Shown here one piece after another: positions 28,617-38,410 of a stretch of 64,000 nt of DNA. The notes below the pieces were generated by a model that saw only the letters and a list, made by a program, of their open reading frames with translations, was not told the origin of the DNA and made no database searches. A program made the translations under genes and the position numbers. Position 1 is the stretch's first letter. Each line of letters starts with the position of its first letter. The DNA comes from a virus (Duplodnaviria > Caudoviricetes): positions 32,001-96,000 of IMG/VR virus record IMGVR_UViG_2599185230_000001. One strand, given 5' to 3'.

Positions 28617-29894
28617 TTAACCCAATGGTAATCCAACTGCATCAAGCAAATCTTCCTTTTTTTGGTATTGTAGCCATAATATAAAGCCCCTATCTACGAC
28701 ATGAAGCCTTAGGTTAGATTCATCATAATCTAAAATTGTTGGCTTAACGCCCTTATTAATTTGTAACGATGCAGTAAATTTAAGTGCTTGCGTAATATTA
28801 CCAGAGTTCAATTCCTCACCACGGGGGTGCTTTTGCTCTAGCTTTTTTCTTATTTCAGAATATCTTAATCCTTTTTCTAATTCCTCCGTTGTTGCTGTCA
28901 GTATCGGATAAAGAAGCCACTTATACATTTGAAGAGTAGTATCTTGAAAACCATCCGCAAATTGAATTATAAATGAATTATACCTACCCGACTGTTGATT
29001 GACTATTTCTTTTATAATATCCTGGACTGATTTATCAACATTGACAACAATATTTTCTTCTTGAGTTTCTTCGATTCCTTTTAATTCACATGCTTTATAG
29101 CATGCCTCTTGAACTATATAAACACTTTCCTGGCAATTATTTATTAAATTATTCTTAAAATCATCCGTGAAGGTAATATATAGAAGTTGTTCCCCATTTT
29201 TTATAACCTCAAGAAGTTGAGGCTTAGTCCATTTATCGGCGTTAATAGCCATAACCCTACCAGTTAAATCGCCATTATAAACAATTAAGCGATTTTCCTC
29301 AAGCCATACTCCAACTATTACAAAACATAAGTTAGAATTTTCATGAAAAGCCTTGAGTTCAACTGCAAAATCCTTTTGTGTTTCAGGTTTAAGATAATGA
29401 AAATCTTCAAGTATTATTAGTTTACTAAACTTCATCTGGGCAAGAGCATTAATTATGTCGTTTACATCATCAATATCTAATTCAAGTTGAACACTTGTTA
29501 TTGCCGTCTCCTTTTCTTGCTGTTTTTCCCCTTGTAAAGATGAACCTATACCTAAAACTTTTGCCGTAAGCGAAGCAACAATCTTGTTTTTTCCCCTCTC
29601 GGTCTTAACGACAGATTGCTTAATTTCAAAACCTGCCCGTTTAAGAATATTTGCATTAATGTCTCCGATGTCCCATTGATTAGAACAATGGATAGTTATG
29701 TAATCTTCCTGCTTTAAGTTTTTTTTTCGAAGACTTGTTTTTCCTTGTTTTGAACTTCCGAATATAACTATATGCTTATCTCTTTTAAGCTCTTTAAACT
29801 TATCATCAATACCTTCTCTTGCCACATAGTTCTCTGGTACATTTCTTGAAATTCCAAATACATCTTGTGTTTTATAAACGGTTATTGTTGCCAT
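28617..29894 (-). CDS. P-loop ATPase (STAND/ORC-like) with probable C-terminal winged helix
   Basis: ATG after AAGGGAG; NYVAR, Walker A GSSKQGKTS, Walker B IILEDFH; AT-rich. Confidence 0.8.
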   Translation of the reverse strand: MATITVYKTQDVFGISRNVPENYVAREGIDDKFKELKRDKHIVIFGSSKQGKTSLRKKNLKQEDYITIHCSNQWDIGDINANILKRAGFEIKQSVVKTERGKNKIVASLTAKVLGIGSSLQGEKQQEKETAITSVQLELDIDDVNDIINALAQMKFSKLIILEDFHYLKPETQKDFAVELKAFHENSNLCFVIVGVWLEENRLIVYNGDLTGRVMAINADKWTKPQLLEVIKNGEQLLYITFTDDFKNNLINNCQESVYIVQEACYKACELKGIEETQEENIVVNVDKSVQDIIKEIVNQQSGRYNSFIIQFADGFQDTTLQMYKWLLYPILTATTEELEKGLRYSEIRKKLEQKHPRGEELNSGNITQALKFTASLQINKGVKPTILDYDESNLRLHVVDRGFILWLQYQKKEDLLDAVGLPLG

Positions 29895-30131
29895 ATGATT
29901 TCTCCCTTTATACATATTAGGAATGGGTATATTCGCCGCACCCGAATGACTTACATTATAACACATTTCACTTAATATATTAATATTTCCAGTAAAGGTT
30001 AAGGTTATTATATACACCATATTTACGCTACTTATTCATTATGATGGCTACAGTAAAATCGACATATATCTATTTAATTATACAAAGGTTTCTTAACAAA
30101 TAAGCAGAATATAAAAAATAATATCAGCTGG

Positions 30132-30569
30132 GTGGTGTTAATATTGAACGAACAAACTAAAATAAAATTAATACAATTGGGCTTTACTGAAGACGAGATC
30201 AACAAAATGGCAGATACATTTAAAAACACACTAAAACTTTCCCCCCAAAAAGTCGAATCGGCATTTAATGAACTTATTAATCAAGGGCTTGATGAACAAT
30301 CCGCACATGATTTCTTTGTCCATACTCCATCTATCTTTGGAAAAGCAGTTGAAACAACTAGAAAACAATTCGACCTTTATCGGCAAATATTTGGGGATAG
30401 GTATATTGAAGTCATTAGTGATAGTCCAAGACGATTAATCCAAGGGCCTGAAACAATAATAAATAGATTAAACTATTTTAAAAGCGAAAATATACCCTTA
30501 GCTGAGGTTCAAAAAAATATATTTATTGGAAAGAAACAATTCAAGAAGAAATATGGTGTTGAACTATAA
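30132..30569 (+). CDS. Helical repeat protein resembling mTERF repeats
   Basis: About 35-aa units LxxxG(F/L)xE...PxI(L/F)xxxxExxxxx(F/L). Confidence 0.6.
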   Translation: MVLILNEQTKIKLIQLGFTEDEINKMADTFKNTLKLSPQKVESAFNELINQGLDEQSAHDFFVHTPSIFGKAVETTRKQFDLYRQIFGDRYIEVISDSPRRLIQGPETIINRLNYFKSENIPLAEVQKNIFIGKKQFKKKYGVEL

Positions 30570-30766
30570 ACTTACACATTACAAACATACCCTGTTCTCT
30601 AATTAAATCTTGCGTAAAAAGCCCCTGCGTCGCTTTTGGTACGACCAAGGGCGTTCGATTTTTAATGTAACAAGATAGCAAAAAAGAAGCCGCAGATACG
30701 GCCCCTGTAAACAGGGTGGTAATTAAGTTTTTAAATCCACGCCACAACGTAATTACCCCCAGGTAA

Positions 30767-31876
30767 TTACGCCACTCGGCTTTTTGCTATTTCAAAGTAA
30801 TCAGGGTCTTTTTCAATCACAATAAAATTAAACCCTTCCCTTTTGGCTGCCACCGCCGTACTGCCACTCCCGCCGAAGGGATCTAACACGATACCTCCTG
30901 GAGGTGTTATTAGTCGGCAAAGCCACGCCATCAAGTCCCTTGGCTTTACCGTGGGATGGTTATTCCGGTATTTCGGAATTTTACCGCCAGTTAAACTTCC
31001 GTCAGCACTTCCGCACATACTACCGCCGCATTTTTCTTCAAGGCTGATCACGTTGCCCTGCCAGTCGGTGTTCCGGTCATTCTTGCTTGCCTTTTTGGAC
31101 AGTTCCCGTGATGTTACATTAAAATATGGGGCATACCATTGGTCAGGGTCAATTGTGACACAATTTGCCGGGAAGCGGCCCATCTCCCCAATTTTACAGC
31201 CGTCAATATTCAGCCCTCCAGTTCCATATGTTTCAACGTTATTGCACACAGTTTTCTCCAGGGGCTTCCTCGCTAAAAGTATCGGTTCATGGGCTGGTTT
31301 CAGGGCCGTCCCCCACCCGTCCCACTGTTTTGCCAGATCGGTGGTAGGTAACTTAATTGGCACCTCCTTTACTGCCTGGGAGTTTTCGTCTTGGAAGGCA
31401 TAAGTTTTACCGCTTCCAATACCGGCCTTTTGGGTGCCTATTACTTCCCGTTCGGCCCCAGCCTGCCTGTCAAATTGTTTGCTTACGTTCATGCTTTTGG
31501 GAAAGCCTTTCACGTACAGCCATTCTATTACGTCCCTAATCTCAAAGCCCGCCAGCCGAAGGGCCGTGGTCATAAGGTCTTGTGTCCGTGTCCCCGCAAA
31601 GCAAAGGATGTGTCCCCCAGGTTTTAGCACACGGTAAACTTCCCGCCAAAGGGAAGGGCTGGGCACAAAGCTGTCCCATTCCTTACCCATAAAGCCTTTA
31701 CCGGGGTGCCTGTATTCCTGGTCGTTCATCCAGTGGGTCAAGACTTCCCTAATGTCCGGTTCTTTGGAAAGGCCATAAGGCGGGTCAGTTACCACCGAGT
31801 CAATTGACAGTTCAGGCAGTTCCTTTAACACATCATAGCTGTCGCCCAGGGTAACTACGTTTATAAACTGCTGCAT
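30767..31876 (-). CDS. Beta-class N4/N6 DNA methyltransferase
   Basis: DPPY first; HPTVKP and LDPFGGSGST last. Confidence 0.92.
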   Translation of the reverse strand: MQQFINVVTLGDSYDVLKELPELSIDSVVTDPPYGLSKEPDIREVLTHWMNDQEYRHPGKGFMGKEWDSFVPSPSLWREVYRVLKPGGHILCFAGTRTQDLMTTALRLAGFEIRDVIEWLYVKGFPKSMNVSKQFDRQAGAEREVIGTQKAGIGSGKTYAFQDENSQAVKEVPIKLPTTDLAKQWDGWGTALKPAHEPILLARKPLEKTVCNNVETYGTGGLNIDGCKIGEMGRFPANCVTIDPDQWYAPYFNVTSRELSKKASKNDRNTDWQGNVISLEEKCGGSMCGSADGSLTGGKIPKYRNNHPTVKPRDLMAWLCRLITPPGGIVLDPFGGSGSTAVAAKREGFNFIVIEKDPDYFEIAKSRVA

Positions 31877-32244
31877 TTGTTATGCCTCCTGCGTTTATCT
31901 TTTTTAGGGAAGGTCTTGCAGTAGCTGTAATAAGAAAGGTCTGGCCTGGGAGTTTCCCTTTTATTTCGTACCTTCACCTGTCCATCAGATAAGAACGGAT
32001 ATTCTTGACGGGTCACTTTATCGGGGCACTTGTCGGCCAGATCATCTTTTAAAATGCAATTGGCCAGCCATTCCAGCGGTTTGGTGTCGGGTAATTCACC
32101 CGTCTGATTAACATAGGCTTCGCAAAGGTCGTCCACGGCTTTTATACGCCACGGCATGGGCATTTCTTTTGCCGTTAGTTCCTTTACAGCTTCCGTAAAG
32201 GCCGTTTTGTAATCGCTGTCTTTACTGAATTTACCGTCATACAA
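31861..32244 (-). CDS. Conserved phage hypothetical protein
   Basis: Overlaps both neighbours; PDKVTRQEYPFLS. Confidence 0.7.
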   Translation of the reverse strand: MYDGKFSKDSDYKTAFTEAVKELTAKEMPMPWRIKAVDDLCEAYVNQTGELPDTKPLEWLANCILKDDLADKCPDKVTRQEYPFLSDGQVKVRNKRETPRPDLSYYSYCKTFPKKDKRRRHNKCSSL

Positions 32245-32605
32245 TGTCTTGGGCCTCCTCCTTTGCCTTGTTGTTGGCGGCCACTTTCCGCACGACGTTA
32301 TTTACGTGGTCACTTACGGCTTGTTGTGAAATGGTAAGAATTCGGGCCACTTCGTATTGGGTCAAGTCCTTTATAAATACATGGTAAATAACTTCTTGTT
32401 GGCGTTCGGTTAACTTGGCCTCCTTTATGCTCTGATAAAAGTCCATCAACAAAATACAGGCGTCAAAGTCACCTTGAAGGTAGCGGACTTCCCTTATGCG
32501 GTGCATCTGTAACAGCAGGGCGTAAACACCTTTTACCTTATCCAGGGGGTAGGCGTCTTCCAGCCGCTTTTCTTTGGTAGCCAGGTCAATCTTTACGCTA
32601 CCCAG
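32237..32605 (-). CDS. Sigma-70 region-4 HTH protein; probable CTG start
   Basis: LTERQQEVI...LTQYEVARILTISQQAVSDH; AAGGAGGGG-N6-CTG. Confidence 0.8.
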   Translation of the reverse strand: MGSVKIDLATKEKRLEDAYPLDKVKGVYALLLQMHRIREVRYLQGDFDACILLMDFYQSIKEAKLTERQQEVIYHVFIKDLTQYEVARILTISQQAVSDHVNNVVRKVAANNKAKEEAQDIV

Positions 32606-33156
32606 GGCGTTCCCCTCCTTTGTAAAAATTCCAACATCTGTTCCGCCTGGATCTCCAGTTCTTCCACGGAGCCTTCGTTCCACAACTCAAAGTCCGTTAC
32701 GAAAGTGTTAATATGCCTTTCGGTTTCGTGGTCAAGGTCGGCGGGTTCGAATTCGTCACCGACGGCCCGCATGCGTTCCAGGCGGGTGGCGTGAGAGGCG
32801 TTTACCCGTACAATGGAAAAACCCTTATTACGTAAGGCTCTGTATTCGTTGGGCTGTCTCATGTCCGTAATAATGACACTTTTATTCCGGGCCGCTTCTA
32901 TTTCATTGAAAGTGTATTTAATCCATACTTCAGGGTCATACTTGCGTAAGTCTTGGCCTAAGCCCTGGTAAAGCTTTCTGGGCTTACGGCCCTGGGTCAG
33001 CATGCCGGGAAAGGCTAGGGCACATACTTTGCGTATTCCGTCGGCAAAGGCAAAGCTTTGAAAGTTATGAATGTCGGCTAAATATTGGGCCACCGTGTCC
33101 TTGCCGCTTCTCATTCTTCCGGTCAGGGCAATTTTTAATACGTCAATCCCTTCTAT
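32593..33156 (-). CDS. Deoxynucleoside monophosphate kinase; start is non-canonical
   Basis: KIALTGRMRSGKDT P-loop, FADGIR, QGLG, ITDMRQPNE, HETE. Confidence 0.85.
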   Translation of the reverse strand: MEGIDVLKIALTGRMRSGKDTVAQYLADIHNFQSFAFADGIRKVCALAFPGMLTQGRKPRKLYQGLGQDLRKYDPEVWIKYTFNEIEAARNKSVIITDMRQPNEYRALRNKGFSIVRVNASHATRLERMRAVGDEFEPADLDHETERHINTFVTDFELWNEGSVEELEIQAEQMLEFLQRRGTPWVA

Positions 33157-33441
33157 TTAAACCTCCCGCCCTTCTTCGACAGCCAGCCACTGTTCAAGCT
33201 GTTTAATTCGTTTGATTAGGTGTTCATAATAAGCCCGTTCAATAATGTCCAGCCGTTCCAGAATGTTTTGCATGGAAAGGGGCTTTTCAGGGTCGGCCAG
33301 TTCAATAATATCCGCCTCGAATTCTTCCAACTCGGTTTTCAGGTCAGCCAGTAATTCTTTGTAGCTTATTACGTTGTCATTTCTCAACTGTCGTTCTCCC
33401 TTCAAATTTAAGCCACTTAAATTCTTGGGCCTGAATTTCAT
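33157..33441 (-). CDS. Hypothetical protein (start probably TTG near 33387)
   Basis: Acidic helical ORF in operon. Confidence 0.55.
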   Translation of the reverse strand: MKFRPKNLSGLNLKGERQLRNDNVISYKELLADLKTELEEFEADIIELADPEKPLSMQNILERLDIIERAYYEHLIKRIKQLEQWLAVEEGREV

Positions 33442-33889
33442 AACACATTTTCCCGCCCCACAGCAGAAAGGCTACGGGTTTTCTAGTTTTGCGTATTCGT
33501 TCCAGGTCAACGGTCTTTAAGACGGTAAACACCGGGCTATCCGTTTCGTAGCCGTTCACCCAGATAACGGAGGCCCTTTGTTTTAAATAACTTTCTAACT
33601 GGTCAACTTTAAAATGAAATCTTAAAAGCCTTTTGTTATTAAATTTTACTTCCACGGGTTGCCCGTTTAGCTTAAAGTCCGCCAGGGTGTTCACTTCGCC
33701 CCGCTCCAACAGCTTGCCGGAGTTATCGCAGCCGTTGTCTTCAACCTCTAAAGCTATCTTGTATTTCATTTCGTAATAACGGACGTACCAGCTAATAATT
33801 TCCCGTTCAACTCTGGTTCCCTGGGCTATGTCTTCGGCAAACTGCTCCACGGTGCGGTTGTCCATTCGATAACGGTCAAAGGCGTACAT
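33377..33889 (-). CDS. PD-(D/E)xK nuclease-like protein
   Basis: E...ADF...VEVK. Confidence 0.6.
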   Translation of the reverse strand: MYAFDRYRMDNRTVEQFAEDIAQGTRVEREIISWYVRYYEMKYKIALEVEDNGCDNSGKLLERGEVNTLADFKLNGQPVEVKFNNKRLLRFHFKVDQLESYLKQRASVIWVNGYETDSPVFTVLKTVDLERIRKTRKPVAFLLWGGKMCYEIQAQEFKWLKFEGRTTVEK

Positions 33890-33915
33890 GGTGTCACTGT
33901 TTCCCCCTTTTCGCT

Positions 33916-33948
33916 AGCTATCTACCGGAAAAGGAAGGATTTGTGACA
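33916..33948 (-). promoter_or_regulatory. Phage promoter-like motif, copy 1
   Basis: TGTCACA-N13-CCGGTAGATAGCT upstream of 33889. Confidence 0.75.
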
Positions 33949-34038
33949 CTTTTAAATTCTCTTATCAATACCCCTTGTACTTGATTACGTACTTTGAAAC
34001 GTGCTATAATACTTACACTAGAAGGGAGGTCGCACACA

Positions 34039-34260
34039 TTGGCCTTAACGATACGTATTAAATTGAAGGAAGTTTTGGAAAAAAGGGGGTTAACCCAGAC
34101 GCAATTGGCTGAAATATCCGGTGTTCGCCGCCCCTCCATTTCCGAATTGGCCACAGGTGCCCGCACGACAATAAACAAACAACACTTGATTAAAATAATG
34201 GAAGCTTTAAATATAACAGATATTACAGAAATAATAGAAGTCGTTGAAACGAAAGGCTAG
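34039..34260 (+). CDS. XRE HTH regulator
   Basis: TTG after GGGAGG; LTQTQLAEISGVRRPSISEL; upstream TTGATT-N18-TATAAT. Confidence 0.85.
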   Translation: MALTIRIKLKEVLEKRGLTQTQLAEISGVRRPSISELATGARTTINKQHLIKIMEALNITDITEIIEVVETKG

Positions 34261-34901
34261 GCGGCCTTTTGGGAGTGTTTGCCGCAACGCCCGTGGCTTT
34301 CCGGGCAGTACCCCCGCTCGTCGCCCCTGCAGCCCAACCCGCTAAATATAACGGGCATTTGGTCTTTTAGGATCTCAGCCATCTCATAGGCCAGCCCTCT
34401 TATTTCCCATTCCGCCCGTAAACAAAGGCGAAGCTGTAAAAACTCGTAAAGTCCCTGGAAATTACCGCTTATTATTAAATCAGTGGTGGCACCAAGGGGT
34501 AGCAGCATCTTTGAAATTTCCCTGCTGTGTTCGGTGCTGTAACCCCTTTTGTCTTTGTTCCAGCGTTCGTAGATGGCGGCCAGTGTGTTCAAGTCCTTGC
34601 TGTAATCCAGCCGGTCTTCAGGCTTTACATAAGGAGGCACGATGTATAAGGTGTCTTCGAAACTGCAATACCGGCTTGATTTCACGGTTAGATTAATATG
34701 TGGGTGTCTTGACAATTGCCTTAAAAGGCTTTGGCTTACCCCTTCCACCAGAAAGGACGCCATGCCGTGACGGGCGATACTGCGGTGGCCGCTGTCCCAT
34801 ACCCGCCCTATAAGTTCTTCACTTTCAGGGCTTTGGTAGGGCATGGCCGCCGCTTTTTTAATAACGTCAAGGGGTGTGCAGTCTATTAATGACACTTTCA
34901 A
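34257..34901 (-). CDS. thyX: FAD-dependent thymidylate synthase
   Basis: GHRSIARH, QLSRHPH..VKSSRY, LRLCLRAEWEIR. Confidence 0.9.
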   Translation of the reverse strand: MKVSLIDCTPLDVIKKAAAMPYQSPESEELIGRVWDSGHRSIARHGMASFLVEGVSQSLLRQLSRHPHINLTVKSSRYCSFEDTLYIVPPYVKPEDRLDYSKDLNTLAAIYERWNKDKRGYSTEHSREISKMLLPLGATTDLIISGNFQGLYEFLQLRLCLRAEWEIRGLAYEMAEILKDQMPVIFSGLGCRGDERGYCPESHGRCGKHSQKAA

Positions 34902-34906
34902 AGTCC

Positions 34907-35062
34907 TCAGCCTCCTATGAATGTATTTGTTAGAATTGTCAAAGCCACTACCGCTTCTTCACGGCGAACTTCAAAGCCAAAAGAAACTACAAAACACAGG
35001 ATTAGGGCTATAACGATAAGCAAGCTTATTATTACAAGATCTTTACCGGCTTTAAGGTTCAT
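34907..35062 (-). CDS. 51-aa membrane protein (not in ORF track)
   Basis: ATG directly after the dut stop; one TM helix. Confidence 0.5.
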   Translation of the reverse strand: MNLKAGKDLVIISLLIVIALILCFVVSFGFEVRREEAVVALTILTNTFIGG

Positions 35063-35548
35063 TTACGCCACCCCCTTTCCCGTACTCCCAAAGCCGCCAC
35101 CACCACGTTCGCTTTCATCTATAAATGACACTTCCATTAATTCGGTTTCATGGTGGACAGGGGCGAATACAAGCTGGGCTATTCTGTCTCCCGCTCTAAT
35201 GCTATATTGCTTTTGGCCGTGGTTAATTAGAATTACACCCACGTCCCCAGTGTAATCAGCGTCAACGGTGCCGGGGCTGTTCAAAACGGTTATGCCGTGT
35301 TTAAGAGCCAGTCCGCTTCTCGGCCTTACCTGGGCTTCCATACCTTTGGTCACCTGAACGGCCAACCCCGTTCTAACAAGGGCTATTTGACCAGGCCACA
35401 TAATAAATAACGGTGCTTCAACGTCATAGGGCTTCTTTTCCCCAGGCCGTATAACGTCCAGTGCGTGCAGGTCGAAGCCGCTTGCCAGGGCTGTTTGCCG
35501 CCGGGGAATAATCGCGTTTTCATGCAACTTCTTAACGATTACATTCAC
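35063..35548 (-). CDS. dut: Trimeric dUTPase
   Basis: SGFDL, RSGLA, GTVDADYTG, RIAQL, RGGGGFGSTG. Confidence 0.95.
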   Translation of the reverse strand: MNVIVKKLHENAIIPRRQTALASGFDLHALDVIRPGEKKPYDVEAPLFIMWPGQIALVRTGLAVQVTKGMEAQVRPRSGLALKHGITVLNSPGTVDADYTGDVGVILINHGQKQYSIRAGDRIAQLVFAPVHHETELMEVSFIDESERGGGGFGSTGKGVA

Positions 35549-35624
35549 GGCGTATCCCCTCCCCCTGGTAATGACACTTTAATTATGAGTTTTAGCATTT
35601 ACCTTGCCTCCTTTCTTCTTCGTA

Positions 35625-35657
35625 AGCTATCTACCGGAAAACTGCAAAGATGTGACA
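35625..35657 (-). promoter_or_regulatory. Phage promoter-like motif, copy 2
   Basis: TGTCACA-N13-CCGGTAGATAGCT just after the nrdD terminator (35662-35686). Confidence 0.75.
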
Positions 35658-35690
35658 AGGCAAAAAAAGGAGGCCCGAAGGCCCCCGGAT

Positions 35691-37598
35691 TTAAGCCGCA
35701 TTTTTAAATTTTCTTTTTGGGTATTCGTAATTCTTACGGGTGTCGCCCCAACTGGAAACCTTGGTAAAATATCCGATTACACGGGTCATGTAGTCCGTTA
35801 TGGGTTCACCGCAGATAGGGCAGGACGCACCTGTGCCCACAACGGTTGTGTGCCCCTGGGTGCATACCCCAAAGCCGTAGTTTATCGCGAAGTGTTCCAC
35901 GCCTTCTTTTAAAGACAGTCTTAACAGCCTTTCCATTGTGGCGGCGTTTTCTATGCAGTTTTGGATATTTAAGTGCAAGATACCGCCGCCGGAAACGTGC
36001 TTCATAAAGCGGCCCGTCAGTTTGACACGTTCCACGGCGTCAATTTCGGCAATAAGCGGAATGTACTGGTTTGAATATAATTCAAAGGGTTGTTTCTCAA
36101 GGCCGTAAATTACCCGATCTTTGCGGGCCAGCGTAATGGACGTGCTTTCAGCCGGGATTTCTTCCGTATTGAAGCTGTGCCCCGTTGCTTTTGAGAAGTC
36201 CAGGGCGTAGCCGTCCGTCATTTTCAATACATTTTCCGTAAAGTCCTGGCCTGCGGCGGTTTCCATAGGTAGGCTCATAAAATGGGTCATTTCATAAAGG
36301 CCGTGAATTCCGATGGTGCTGAAAAACATATCCAAAGTAAACCACTTCAAAGGCTCAAAGAATTTCAAGAAACCCCGTTCCACACGGCGGCGGAGTATTT
36401 CTTCACGGTGTACCAGTAATAGATCACGGGCCATTTTTAGCCGCTTGTCTAACAGCTTGTAAAAGGTTCCTATGTCCCCGTTGGCGTCTAAAGCCAGCCG
36501 GGGGAAGTTTAAAGTAACAACACGGTGGGCACCGATATTTAAGCCCCCGTTGCCAAAGGAGTCCGCCCTGTATCCCATGCGTTCGGTGTCGTTAACAAAG
36601 CGGCAGCACATGGCGATTTTGCTTCCCTCATTGGCGTAAATATTAAACACGCCTTTGGAACTATTTGTGCGGGCCACGAATTCCGTAAAGTCTTTGTCCT
36701 GGGGTTCCCTGTTTTCGTCTACCGATAAGTTAGCGGTCATTACGGGAAAGCGGTAAGGCAGTCCCGTCGTTGGATCACCTTGAGCGTGAAATTCAGCTAT
36801 AATTTTTTGAACGTGCATGATATAGTCCACGTCTATAGCCGTACCGTCTGGGTAACGGTATTCAGCAAACAGTTCTTCTAAGTTCACACGGTCAAAAATG
36901 GAAATATTACTGAAAGGGCTTTGGCCCGACACCCTAAATTTATTGTTCATTACATGGGTAAATTTTTGCCACTGGTTACGAATGTATTTACGGTCGGCCA
37001 TTTGTTTGGGGTTTATACCTTCCCGTTTCAAATACCAGCAAAGGTTCACGATAAAGTCCCCAGGGGCTACAGCCCCGACGAATTCCTGTGACAAGTCCAT
37101 TGTGGTTTCGATTACCTGGGCCACAAAACTATCCGAACGGTTAGGAGGCGTGCTGTGTAGTTGCCCGTAGGGCCGTCCTTCTATCATCAATAGGGCCGTG
37201 CTATAGGCGAAGCAATAGGGCACTTGTATTCCGTAGCCGCTTGCGTCGTGAAAGTATAATTCGCCCCGCCATATAGCCGTCAGTAATTCATTGGCCCTGC
37301 GGGTATTAAAGCGTTTCTTGGCATACCGCCACAATAAATAATAGCCTTCCAGCTTTAAAATGCCTTTCGTTACCTCGGCTTGGTAGTTGTTGGCGGAGAG
37401 TTCCTCATTGGCGTTGGCGTTCATGTCCACACTACTATCCGCCAGCCTCATGGTGAAATAGTCGTGGGACATCTGGCCCGCATCAACTTTACGGGGGCTA
37501 ATACCTTCCAGCCTTAACAGCCTGCGGCCTACCGGGTCATTTACGAATTTACGGTATAAACGGTCAAAGCCGTCCTCAAATGTTACATTAATAATCAA
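35691..37598 (-). CDS. nrdD: Class III anaerobic ribonucleotide reductase
   Basis: YCFA, AMCCR, IPAES, CPICG, RVIGY glycyl-radical loop. Confidence 0.93.
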   Translation of the reverse strand: MIINVTFEDGFDRLYRKFVNDPVGRRLLRLEGISPRKVDAGQMSHDYFTMRLADSSVDMNANANEELSANNYQAEVTKGILKLEGYYLLWRYAKKRFNTRRANELLTAIWRGELYFHDASGYGIQVPYCFAYSTALLMIEGRPYGQLHSTPPNRSDSFVAQVIETTMDLSQEFVGAVAPGDFIVNLCWYLKREGINPKQMADRKYIRNQWQKFTHVMNNKFRVSGQSPFSNISIFDRVNLEELFAEYRYPDGTAIDVDYIMHVQKIIAEFHAQGDPTTGLPYRFPVMTANLSVDENREPQDKDFTEFVARTNSSKGVFNIYANEGSKIAMCCRFVNDTERMGYRADSFGNGGLNIGAHRVVTLNFPRLALDANGDIGTFYKLLDKRLKMARDLLLVHREEILRRRVERGFLKFFEPLKWFTLDMFFSTIGIHGLYEMTHFMSLPMETAAGQDFTENVLKMTDGYALDFSKATGHSFNTEEIPAESTSITLARKDRVIYGLEKQPFELYSNQYIPLIAEIDAVERVKLTGRFMKHVSGGGILHLNIQNCIENAATMERLLRLSLKEGVEHFAINYGFGVCTQGHTTVVGTGASCPICGEPITDYMTRVIGYFTKVSSWGDTRKNYEYPKRKFKNAA

Positions 37599-38050
37599 TC
37601 CTCATGCCTCCTTACAACTCTTTGATTACTGCTCGCCGGGAAGCCCTCTGCGTGAAGGTCCTGTCTGTACGGCCCCGCCACTATAACGTCCGCCAGTTCT
37701 TTAATTGTGGCCGGTATTTCGTCCGGTTCGTACCCCGTATAAAGCCAGCTTTCAATATTTGTTCCCCGTAGGAATTCCAAAAGGTCTTCCAAAGCTTCAG
37801 GCTGTTCCAGCGGCTCTCCGCCCGCCAGCACGACGGCTTCGTACCAGTCGCGGTTCCGCCATATGCGGTCTTTAATTTGCCGGATGTCCAGTTCCATGCC
37901 GCCGTCAAAAGGCTGTAGCTCTGGGTTATGACAGCCGGGACAGCGTTTTTTACATCCCTGGAAGAAGACCGTAAAGGCCAGTAAGTTACCCGCATCAATG
38001 GTAGATATGTCGGTAAAGCCGCCTACGGTAATTCTCATTTTTATAACCAC
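37595..38050 (-). CDS. nrdG: Radical-SAM activase of NrdD
   Basis: CKKRCPGC, GGEP, SSNQ. Confidence 0.92.
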   Translation of the reverse strand: MVIKMRITVGGFTDISTIDAGNLLAFTVFFQGCKKRCPGCHNPELQPFDGGMELDIRQIKDRIWRNRDWYEAVVLAGGEPLEQPEALEDLLEFLRGTNIESWLYTGYEPDEIPATIKELADVIVAGPYRQDLHAEGFPASSNQRVVRRHED

Positions 38051-38409
38051 CCCCGCAAAACAACTTCTGTGCTAAGGGTTTCCAATAAGGTTAAAATCTC
38101 GGTTAGTTTTACTTCCAAATCTAGTGATTTGGTTGTTAAATTATTGATTAACAAGTAATTCATTGATCCGTAGCTAATTTGAGTCTGGGCCATTACTTGA
38201 TTAACTCGTATTAGTTCTACCCGAACCCGTTCCCCCTGAAGGGTTAACGTATTCATCAGGCCAACAGCGGCGTACCTCAACAAGTCATGGTAGGATACAA
38301 AAACATTTATTTCAGGAAAGTACATGCCTTCCTCAGAAAGGGTCATTTCTTCGCCGCCGTCGTTGCCGTCTTCGCCATCCCAGTTGAAACCTATATCCTT
38401 ATATGCCAT
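38041..38409 (-). CDS. Hypothetical protein
   Basis: 122 aa in operon. Confidence 0.6.
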   Translation of the reverse strand: MAYKDIGFNWDGEDGNDGGEEMTLSEEGMYFPEINVFVSYHDLLRYAAVGLMNTLTLQGERVRVELIRVNQVMAQTQISYGSMNYLLINNLTTKSLDLEVKLTEILTLLETLSTEVVLRGWL

Positions 38410-38410
38410 A

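Noticed and set aside
30570-30766. Hairpins at the left edge of the second prophage as att or cos
   Set aside because: No partner repeat or integrase in the window to anchor the boundary
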